DNA of 64,000 bases from Hyphochytrium catenoides (taxonomy: Eukaryota > Protista > Hyphochytriomycota), in NCBI GenBank assembly GCA_900088475.1, contig FLMG01000600.1:1-64000 (forward strand), in the 5' to 3' direction. Positions 53,501 through 64,000 of this stretch are shown in pieces. The notes under the pieces were generated by a model. It saw only the letters and a list, made by a program, of their open reading frames with translations, ran no database searches and was not told where the DNA came from. Numbering within the stretch: position 1 is the stretch's first letter; each line of letters starts with the position of its first letter. The translations under genes and the position numbers were made by a program.

Positions 53501-56500
53501 CTGAGGTCAATGGAGCCAGCGATAGAGGTATCTCCCTCTGCCGTATCCATCGATCCAGCACTAACCCTGACAGAGCCAGCAAGACCTTTTTGGGATGCTC
53601 CCACGCGAACTCGTACGTCTCCGGAGCTCTGAGCACTTTTGCCAGTTTCCATTGTCAGAGAGCCGCTCAAACCCTTCTTAGATGGAGCAGTAAATAGCGA
53701 AACGTCACCACTTCCGCCATCATTTGACACTAATCCTGAACCGATTCCTATCTGACCGCTATTGCCCTCTATCGAGCCACCGCTTCGGATCAATAGAGGC
53801 CCACCACTTCCCATACTGCTAGAGCCAGCAACCATATGAACACCTCCGCCAGTTGCAGTAGATGAGGATCCCGCGTTGAGGAAGAGGCTTCCACCTGCGC
53901 TTCCGTCCATCATTGGCCCTGCCATTAGGCTAATTGAACCTCCCTGAACTGAATTTCGTCCGGCACCTGAAGCGATACTTATGTTGCCACCTGCACCCTG
54001 ACTGCTAAGTCCAGTTAGAACGTCAAGATTGCCGCTCTTCCCCTCAGAAGAGGATCCAGTGGAAAGGGTCACAGTGCCACTGTCTTCCTTTGCCGCACCA
54101 GATTCAATAGCCATCTTTCCACTGTCCTGTGATAAGCTCGAGCCGGTTCGAAGAAGTACATTCCCACCGGAGGTGCTGGTGGACATACCCGCGCCAAGAA
54201 GGAGGCTGCCTCCTTTTGCTTTGTAGGATCTTGAGAGACTAGAGCCTGCCTCAAGCTTGATATCCCCCGCGTCATTCACATTGTTGCTGAGCGTTGAGTC
54301 TGAATCGATGAGGAAGCCAGCAGAGATGGATAGTCTGCCTGGTCGTTGCCCAGTGCTGTTACCCGCAGCAATTGATATCAAGCCAGGGCTTTGTGCGTCC
54401 CCTGTCTTCAGTTCCAGATCTCCGCTTGACCCTCCGCTGTTGCTTCCTGTCCCAGCTACAAAGGAACCAGAAGAACTTTTTGTCCCCGACATAATGGGAG
54501 ATACGTCTGAGGATGTTAGCCAAAGATGACCACTGCTTAAGGAAGATGATCCGCTTTCAACCTTAATGTGGCCTGACACAGCATCTCTTCCAGTAGCATG
54601 ACCACTGAAAATCTCAACGGAGCCCGTACTGCCTTTGTTGGATGCTCCACCGCTTCCAAGGAATACAGAGCCACTACTACCCATAGAAGCTGTACCGCTA
54701 CGCACACTCACTGTTCCACCCAGGCCATCAGGGGAGGCTACACCACCACTAGAGATGCGTACACTACCCCCTCGACTCGCCCCACCGGGCCCTAGCGCCG
54801 TGCCCGCCATCAGAGAAACAGACCCTGCACTTGAGTTCTTGCCGGTCATGGAGCCCGCCTCAATGGACACAGTCCCACCACTGCCGACCCCCCCGGTGCC
54901 CACTCTGACATTTATACTTCCTCCCGATGCAGCATCGCTTATTCCGGTTGTTATAGATAAATCTCCTGACGTCCCACTTCTTGCGGGTGCTGAAGCGACT
55001 GAAATATTGCCGGTGCTTCCAGTCAACCCGCCAACGAGGCCAGATGCTATCAAGACAGAGCCGCTGCTAGAGCCATTTGTGCTTCCGCTTCTTATCGTTA
55101 TGTCGCCTCCGAAACCGGTCGAGCTTGCGCCGCTTGTGAGCGTCAATGCACCCCCTGTCCGAACAACAGAAGATCCCCCCACCAATTGTACGCCAGCTCC
55201 CATTCCTAGAACGCTAGATCCGCCAATCAGCTGAAGAGAACCTGGCCCATTCATGGATGTACCAGTTGTCGTCCCAGAAGAGATCAATATGTCACCGCTA
55301 GTCGAAGAATTGCTATCTCCAGTCTTCAGATGAAGCTGCCCACTTGGCGCGGCATCTGTTGCGCTCGTATACAAGAGTACCTTACCTCCTACCCCTCCGT
55401 TCGCAATGTTTTGAGAACCCGAGCCTATCGCCACCATGCCACTAGTTCCTGAAGGTGAAGCTGTAGCTCCTGAAGAAATACGGATATCTCCACCCATGCC
55501 CATGTTACCGCTGCCTGCTGTCAACTCTACCGTCCCGCCGGTTGTCAATGCAGCTGAAGACATTTCGCTAGTACCACCTCTTATTAGTACATGACCCGCT
55601 GAACCTCCCTCGTCGGACGAAACCATTGATGCCGCAGCCAACAGAATATCACCACCTTGTGTGCTATATCTGACTCCTGCTTTTATGTCAATAGACCCTG
55701 CTTGCTTGCCATTGCCAGTCGAGAGCAATAGAGAACCAGAACTAGCATCTCTGCTACTGCCAGTTTGTAAGACGGCATCTCCTGACGATCCACCGCCATA
55801 CCCAGCCGGTGAGGTTGACGCCTCAAAGTTGCCTGTGTCACTATTGGAGCTACCGCTATATAGACGAATGGAGCCGGATCTTGCTTGCGAATGGCCTGTC
55901 ATGATCGCGACAGAGCCGCTCACACCACGGTGAACTTCTCCAGTACCAATAACTGCTGACCCACTCTTTCCATTGGTTCCAGGCCCACTCATTAGCAGAA
56001 GAGAACCTCCCGACCCGTCTTCTCCGGCGCCCCCTGCAGAAAGCATCAGGCTACCTCCTACACCATCTTCTACAAATGCAGATCCTGCGGATAAATTAAT
56101 CCACCCGGCAGTAGCATCTCCTTTGGAGGACGAGTTGACATCTCCAGCCCTTATTTGAACTGACGATGCGGTAGCGCCCCTGCCCCCTGTGATGTTGACA
56201 TCACCAGCCCTCCTTCCATTCCCAGTTCGAAGAGTAATAGCCCCACTATCCTCAACAGTCGATGATGTCTCAAGTAGTATACTGCCACTGCTACCGGACA
56301 GAGCGCCACCCGAGCTAATTTGAATGGCCCCACTATCACCTTGCTCAGAACTCCCGCTGCTCAAGGACAACTTTCCTCCAGACCCCTTACTCCCACCGCT
56401 CGCGATTCGGAAAGCGCCTCCAGCGCCAAGAGTCGATGATCCGGATATCAGGGAAACAGATCCGCCTTCACCGCTCCCGTCGGTGGTTCCCGCCTGTAGC

Positions 56501-59500
56501 TCGATAGGGGCCCCAACGGCGGCCCCTGTTCCAGAACCCGCGGATATTGAAACTTTACCAGCTAACCCTTTTCGACTGTACCCAGTACTCAGATTGATAG
56601 GACCACTTCGTCCTAGAGCCGAAGCACCGGAATAAAGGCTTATCGCACCACTAGATGCTTGGTGACCGGCTACATTGGGTGATATGATATCCACACCCCC
56701 GCTTTGGCCAGAAAGACTAGTGCCGGATGTGACCATCACTTTGCCACCAAGCCCATCCCCGCTTGACGAGCCTGCCATTAGGTGGACATTACCACCTCCG
56801 GAAAGTTCAGATGACGAGAGGGATGAGCCTGCTTTCAGTAGCAAATCTCCCCCAGACGAAGTTCCTCCCATCGGTGAAAATGAAGAACCTGCGGAGATCA
56901 ATATTCTTCCAACTTCGCCCCCATATTCGCCAGTCCTGCCAGCGGATATCACTATGGAACCGCTTGCTTTAGCGTTGCCTGTCTGAATATGGAGCGAGCC
57001 ACTTTCCCCTTGGCTGCTGTTGCCGGTGGCAAGCGTGAGTGCACCTGTCTTACCATGAGCTGAACTTTGACCGTTGTCTGAGGATTTGACAGTAATGTCA
57101 CCTGAATGCATATCAGAAATACCGCTCTGGACCTTGACTTCACCGGAAGCGCCGTGTCCCGAAGGAGCGGCACCACTAAATATGCTTACTGACCCTGACT
57201 GACCAGGACCAAGGATGGGGCCGCTGCCGAGCCAGATAGTACCGCTATCGCCACCTGTCGATGTTCCAGTAGTTATATCAATGATGCCACCAGCACCCGT
57301 ACTTGCGGAGCCACTTCTCAATTCCACCTTTCCTCCTGAACCTGACATCCCTGATGTGTTACCAGCCAGGATTTCAATAGACCCTCCAGCAGAGTCTTTG
57401 GCAGTCATAGAACCAGCCTCAACCTTCACACTAGCTCCGACGCCTGTGACACCATTACCGGCCTTTATATCAACCAAGCCACCGGAGCCCTTTGCACTCG
57501 ATCCAGTTTCAAGGGAGATTGAACCTGCTGCATCCGTTTGAGACATGGAGGAAGACACACGAATACTCCCACTGCTGCCTTTTGCTCCGCTTCGTCCTGT
57601 AGAGACTGTAATATCTCCACTGTTATCAGCGTTCGAAGTTCCACTGCTCAAATACAGGTGACCACCTGCCCCATGTGCGCTAGAGCCACTCTCGAGCTTA
57701 AGTGATCCTCCTGCGACTGAGGAAAGTGACGAGCCACCTAAGACACTTATGGTGCCCGGGATGCCTGTGGCGGAAGGACCTGCGCTCAGGCTGATGGATC
57801 CACTAGAGACTGCAGGCCCGGAAGAGATGGATATGTCCCCACTTTGAGCAGAGTGACTGGAACCTGTACGGATCCCAAGTTGGCCACTGTTCCCACGATC
57901 TGCAGAATACGTATAGACCAGTACAGCTCCGCTGTCGCTCTTGCTTGCCCCTAAAGGAGCGGAGCCTGATCCTATGGAGACAATTCCGCTACTAGTTCCG
58001 AGTGAAGTTGCTCCGGATGCTATTTGAACATCGCCGCCCTTGCCACCGCTGGCGTCACCTGCAGATAGGACTATGTCTCCACCAGCGGAAGCGGTTGAAG
58101 ATGATATGCTGGACCCAGCTCTCAGCGAGATATTGCTCCCAGACACTCCAGCCATCGTTGATATCACCGATGCGGCAGTCACGGCGATGCTTCCGGCTCC
58201 TCTCCTTGCGGCCCCATGGTGGACACCAGACTTAATATCTATAGATCCTGCCTCAAGACTATCACCTGTCGCAATCGCAATAGATCCCGCCGTCCCTGCC
58301 ATACTGTTTCCTGTCTTTATGGATGCGGAGCCTGAAGATCCGTGAGCGGTAGGGTCCAAGTTAGAGGTTGACGCTTCGAATATTCCTGTTCCGCTCTTGG
58401 ATGCCCCACTCGAGAGGCGGATAGATCCTGACAGTCCCTCTGATGTTTGGCCGCTGAAAAGATGAATTGAGCCGCTCTTGCCATCAAGTGTAACGGCAGA
58501 CGCTGTGCCTACGAAGATTGAGCCACTTTCACCTTTCCCATTGGACAGTCCAGTCATCACATGCACGGATCCGCCATGAGCACCTGATCCGCCAGACAGG
58601 GCTAGATTTCCTCCCGTGCTCCTGTCACCGGAGACTCCACCGCCAGAGATCTTAACGTTGCCGCCTTCAGCTTCTTCCCATAACATACCTCCCGCAGCAA
58701 TGTCCACGGAGCCGCCCTTGCCACTGCGTCCTTCTCCAACTTCTAGGTATATGGAACCGCCTGATGCAGACAAACTAGATCCTGTCTGAAGTCGAAGGCT
58801 TCCTGCATTACCTTTAGTGGCTGTCAAAGTGGCAACTCGAATGTCACCACCTCGTGCACCACCATAGCCAGTTAGAAGGTCTAAAGATCCGCTTTGTCCG
58901 TCTTCGGAGGCACCAGCTATAATGCTCACGGAGCCACCGGTCCCGGAGTCGCTTGCTCCGCTTTGCAGTCGCAAAAAGCCCCCAACTCCCTCCTTAGAGG
59001 CCCCTGACCCTAACAGTATATGCCCACCACTCCCTCTAGGTGCTGCGCCTCCCAACAACTCCAGCGAACCGCTGCCTTCTTCTCCCAGAGCAGAGCCAGA
59101 AGAAATTGTAACTTCTCCACTTTTGCCAACTCCACTCGAACCGGACCCGATAAGTACGCCTCCGCTATGACCAACCCCCTCTCCCATGACGGACCCGGTA
59201 GAAAGGGTCATTTTGCCAGATGGGCTTGTTCCACCTTTTGAGGTTACGGCGACAGCTCCACTGATACCACCATTTAGCCCTCCATTGCCAGACACAATAT
59301 TGATAGCACCTCCCGACCCAGAAAAAGCACCTCCTCCAGAGAGAGATATGGTGCCTCCCCTGGAGGAGTCAGAAGATGAAGATGTGAACCCAGCTTCTAA
59401 TGTGACGTTGCCGCCATTTTGCTTTGACAATGTTGAACTCAAGGACCCTGCCGAGAGGTGCACACTGGCTGCATCAGCATCCGTTCCGACGGAGTTTCCA

Positions 59501-62500
59501 CCTGCGATGAAAACTGAGCCCGCCATACCGCCAGCGCCCGTCATAAATTGCAGAGATCCTGTCGATCCTCTGTAGTTTGTTCCTGTCGAAAGAGCTACGC
59601 TACCCGACGAATGTTCAGCCTCTTCGTCTCTTAAGTTGGTCATAGGGGAACTCATGAGGAGCACATTCCCACTTCCGTAAGCAGAGCTCCCAGTGGATAG
59701 CATTATGTCGCCTGAAACACCACGAGAAGAACTGCCAGTGGAAAGCTCAATTCTACCGCTGTTCTTCTGGCTGTTTCCTGTCCTAATCGTTGCTCTACCA
59801 CTATTGCCAGTGATGGCTTTTCCAGTGACTAGTAGAATTGATCCTCCAGAGTGCCCGTTCCTGCTCCAACCAGCAGTGACGTTCACCGACCCTCCAGCAC
59901 CTGCTTCGGAGGCTCCTGCGGAGACCTTGACTAGGCCCCCAGCAAAGTCACGTTTAGAGTACGTCGATCCAGCATTTAGGTCTATTGATCCGCCTGCAGC
60001 GTCACCTGACGTCCCAACCTGCATGTTGATTGAACCTGCCCCTCCATGGTCACTCATTCCGGTTCTTAGGTACAGCGATCCGCTGTAACCAGCTTTTGCG
60101 TCGCCCGTTACCATGGAAACGAAGCCACCCATGCTTCCTCCGACCCCTGCATTTACCGTGACATTCCCCCCGCCAGTACTCTCACTTGCCCCTGCTTCCA
60201 ACAGAAGGGAGCCGCCCGACAAATTTCTTGAGCCCGAAGCTCCAGCCTTCAAACGGATTGATCCTCCACCCAAGCCCACGGCTAGTTCAATAGACCCGCT
60301 ACTTCCTGAATGGGAGTGACCGGTGGCCATAGAGATATGACCCGTTTGTCCGTAACCGCTTTCGTCTGACCGGAGAGAGATGTCTCCGCTGCCAGTGCCA
60401 TCATCACTGATGGATTTGGCTGTGTTCAGCGTGAGAGACCCACTTCTCTGTTTTTCAGAAAAGCCACTGCTAATGGTGACATTCCCCGCTCGACTGCTAC
60501 CGCTCCGTCCCCCGATGAGCCTGATGGAACCCCCAGGTAGTGCTGAAGAATCGCCACCCACTATATCCACAGCGCCTCCAGCTTGGTTGGAGCCGTGGAT
60601 TAGGACTGAGGGTTTTGTGTTGAAGGAGGAGGTCACTCCCACTCCTGCTGACAGCACCACGGCTCCTGCCTGACCTTGTCTGACGTCTCCTGANNNNNNN
60701 NNNNNNNNNNNNNNNNNNNNNNNNNNNNGAAGCAACTCTCACATGGCCTGCAGTTCCCTTCCCAGTAGAAGCTGCTCCCGCACTGAGCTCGACGTGATTA
60801 CCTGAGCTGGCATTCTCCTCGGCCACAGCCGCCCCTGCCGAAAAAGTAATAGCACCACCAGCGCGCCTTCCAATACCGGTGGAAACAACAACTGACCCAG
60901 AGCTCGAGGTTGCACTGGCACCAGTCCGAAGCTTGACGGTTCCCGAGAAGGATGTTCTGGCATCGTTTGTGGCCACTGAAATGTTACCACTTTCGAGACC
61001 ACTCCCAGTCGCCAAAACAACATTACCAGATGCACCTCCCACTCTCTCACCTGTGGTTATGCTAGCATCGCCGCCGGAACCGGTACTGCCTTGATCCTCG
61101 CCTGGCGTCTCCAGACGGAGCTCGCCACTCGATTGTGGTCCTTCACCCGTAATGACGCGAATAGCGCCCCCAACAGCGTCCTTACTTGAACCAGCCTCCA
61201 GTGTAACGGTCCCAGCATTGCCTGCTCTTGATGATCCAGCAGCGAGCCTGATGGGGCCCGCGCTTCCATCTCCTTCGGCGGAGCCACTGATCAAATTTAA
61301 GGATCCGCTTGAGCCTGGACCTGCAGCTGCTCCACTCTTTAGAGTTATTGGCCCTGACGCCAGGCCGGAGCTCCCTGTAGCAAGGGTGATCATGCCAGTA
61401 CTATCACCCCAAGATCTCCCTGTTTGAACTGCGATTTGCCCTGTAGAGTGACCCTCCGAGGTATCAATATTGACATTACCTGTCACTGAGTCCACCGAAG
61501 AACCAGATATTAGCCTCAGATTGCCACCGGAGCCAGTGACGCTTTGGCCTCCTTGCATGATCACAGTACCTCCATTTGACCACTGTGAAGAACCGGCCGA
61601 AAGAGCAATATCACCGCCAAAACTATTTGCTGGAGAATACGCAGTCCCATCATTCGCACCAGCTTTGAGGGAAATCGAGGCACCTCTCCTCCCCTCTCGT
61701 GTCAACCCTCCCTCAACCACGATGTCTCCAGCCCCTAATCCGTCCCCTGACGCTATCACTACTTTTCCGGTGGTCCCAGACGAAGACTTTCCGGATTGCA
61801 AGGTAACTTCGCCAGTAGTGGCATCCTTTAAGGACACTGATCCGCTGGCAAGCATCATTGCGCCACTCCCAATGCTTGAGCCAGATCCAGAGAATATTTT
61901 CACCAACCCGCCGAGTCTATCAGCATCTCCTGCGTACATGGCAAGGCTGCCCCCGGTTGATGCAGGGTTTGAACCGAATCCGCCCATGATCTTTACCTCA
62001 CCACCTCCCCCTTCACCGTGAGTGTGCTTTCCAGCAATAAGATGGATGGAACCCCCAGTGCTCTCAGAGGAGGTTTCGGCTCTCCGGCTTGTTCCGGGTT
62101 GGACTATAATAGAGCCGGCGGCCCCTTGACGTGCGTCGCCTGACGTCAGAAGGAACTGACCGGAGTTCGTGCCGGAACCCGTCACGGTGCCTGTTCCCAT
62201 AACGACTCTACCAGATGGTCCTCCTCCGGACGGTGATGATGTCGTTATACTCAAACTGCCGCTACTCCCCTTGGAGTGTCCTGTGGAGAGGGTGACATCA
62301 CCGGAGACTTCGGATGCTTGCCCAGAAGACGCTATTACATTTCCACTTTTACGGTCGGCATCAGCACTCGCGAGAATTAGATGGCCGCTGTGCCCTCCAC
62401 GCCCGGTCTCAACCACCACTGAGCCGCCAATTCCAGTAAAGCTTGACGCCGAGCCTGCCGTGATGTTTACGTCTCCCGCTAATAAGTCTGAGTCTGAGTG

Positions 62501-64000
62501 CGAGGAGCCTCCCACAACCCTGATAGCTCCAGGTTTTCCCTTGTCGCCAAAAGCGGAGCCGGCTTCGACGTACACAGATCCTGCTTCACCTGATGCTACG
62601 AAGCCACTACGAAGCACAAGGGACCCCGAGTTCCTGTCTTTAGCTGTTACGTCACCTGACTGAAGTGAAACATTTCCGCTTGAGGTGCCCTCCGTCGACA
62701 AGGATCTTACGTCCACCCCTCCGGGACTATTCTTACCGCTTCCTGATCGTACCGAGACAAGTCCTCCACTGCCTTCCTCTGATTCGCCACTTGCGATAGT
62801 CATATGACCTCCGGTATTGGAGGCACTGCGTCCTGCTGTCACTAATATTGATCCGCCCTTTTGGTTCACCGAGAATCCAGCAGTTATGGAAATTGAACCT
62901 AGTCCAATCTCATTATCTGTCCTTGCTGACTTTCCTTCGATCGCAATCCTTCCTCCTCTTTCAGCGTCTGCTCCCGATAGGGAACCCGAGGAGAGCACCA
63001 CAGTACCTGAGATGCCCTCTTTGGTACTGCCACTTCCCATCGAGAGATTCCCGGATTGACCAAACCCTGCGTCCCCAGAACGAACCATCACAGATCCGGA
63101 CGATGATGGACTTGCTCCCGAAGATGTCGAGAGGCGAATATCACCACTGACATCTGAGCCTGCTCCTGACGTTAGCGTCAAGGAACCGCCCCGGCCAGTC
63201 GCATGTCCACCCGATACAACCACCTGACCCCCCATGGACTGTGCCTCAGATGCGGATCCTGCCTGAAGAATGAGCCTACCACCATACCCGACGGAGGATC
63301 CTGCCAATACCCTAATCTCCCCACCAGATGCCTCACTGCTGCCTGAAGAGCCTGCTATGGCTTCAATATGACCCGGCCGCCCTAATTCCGTCGAGCCTAC
63401 GCGCAGCCGTATAGTTCCCGTGGAGCTGTCTGCTGCTTGGCCACTGCTAAGTGCTATATCGCCAGAGTTGCCAACCCCCCCAACATCAGATGTTGATATG
63501 TCGATGGCTCCACTGTCCCCGTCCTTTCTGCTAAGTCCGCTTGATAGTAAGATATTTCCGCTTTTGCGGGGAGCGGAACCTGTAGATATCTCAAAAGAGC
63601 CACTTGAATGTGATCCAGAGTTTGTGCGGACCTTAATATACCCGCTGGTCTGATGTCCACTCCCACTCTGTATAAGGACAGATCCTCCAATCGCGTCAAA
63701 GGATTTACCAGCTGTAACGTTAAGGGCACCCCCTTCTCCTTCTGTCGATGAACCCCCCTGCAACGCGATTGCGCCTCCTGATGTTCCCTTTCCTTCTGCT
63801 AGTCCACCAACGAACATAAGTTGTCCAACGCGGCGTCCTGGTGAGGTTCCAACGCTTAGTTGAATTGACCCACTTTCACCGTTGAGTCCTGAAGGTCCCG
63901 AACTAATTTTTATGCTTCCAGTATCACCCATATCTCCTTTTCCAGTTTTAAGGTGAATATCTCCACTTTCGGCTTCCCCGCCATCGCCTGATGCAAGGGT
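32503..64000 (-). CDS. Giant (>10,400 aa, 5'-truncated by the window) intronless Gly/Ser-rich beta-strand repeat protein, putative fibre/filament
   Basis: The frame is open from the window edge (TLASGDGGEAESGDIHLKTG...) to the stop at 32503, except for three N gaps where the frame changes. Segments are 60729-64000, 41012-60693 (~6,560 codons with no stop), 38017-40976 and 32503-37972. All share the repeat G-[GSD]-x-[IV]-x-[LI]-x-[AST]-G. Confidence 0.85.
37973..38016. other. Assembly gap (44 N) inside the giant ORF
   Basis: Run of n. Confidence 1.
40977..41011. other. Assembly gap (35 N) inside the giant ORF
   Basis: Run of n. Confidence 1.
60694..60728. other. Assembly gap (35 N) inside the giant ORF
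   Basis: Run of n. Confidence 1.

Noticed and set aside
37770-60735. Treating the four large minus-strand ORFs as separate genes or as programmed frameshifts
   Set aside because: Every frame change coincides with an N gap of estimated length. The repeat pattern continues on both sides and the listed starts and stops near the gaps are out-of-frame read-through.
32834-63653. Dozens of Pro-rich plus-strand ORFs (e.g. 32834-34150, 438 aa)
   Set aside because: They are antisense shadows of the Gly/Ser-rich giant ORF (GGN codons read as Pro on the other strand) and have no independent features.
1-64000. CRISPR arrays, rRNA, tRNA, prokaryotic promoters or terminators
   Set aside because: No repeat-spacer array or RNA-gene signature was seen, and the sequence is eukaryotic with spliceosomal introns.

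Overview
Eukaryotic nuclear DNA with short GT-AG introns (about 50-200 nt). The gene repertoire suggests a flagellated stramenopile/ochrophyte-type alga (inference). Positions 1-5400 hold no intact gene, only nested inverted repeats, microsatellites and probable decayed transposon sequence. Positions 5.8-32.2 kb hold nine tightly packed, mostly intron-rich genes: an FGGY gluconokinase-like kinase, a WRKY19-like C3H zinc-finger repeat protein, a LarA-family (nickel-pincer) sugar-acid epimerase, FAN1 nuclease, a small MCPLR membrane protein, the acetolactate synthase regulatory subunit, a coiled-coil protein, a FAM161-like protein and the WDR63/IC140 dynein intermediate chain. The right half (32503 to beyond 64000, minus strand) appears to be one intronless ORF of more than 10,400 aa, broken only by three short N gaps. 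It is built from Gly/Ser-rich beta-strand repeats arranged in a ~427-aa super-repeat and ends in a cap resembling trimeric fibre proteins. Best candidates for new biology are this giant putative filament protein and a possible gluconokinase / zinc-finger / LarA-epimerase sugar-acid gene cluster. All gene models were inferred by eye and exon boundaries are approximate.
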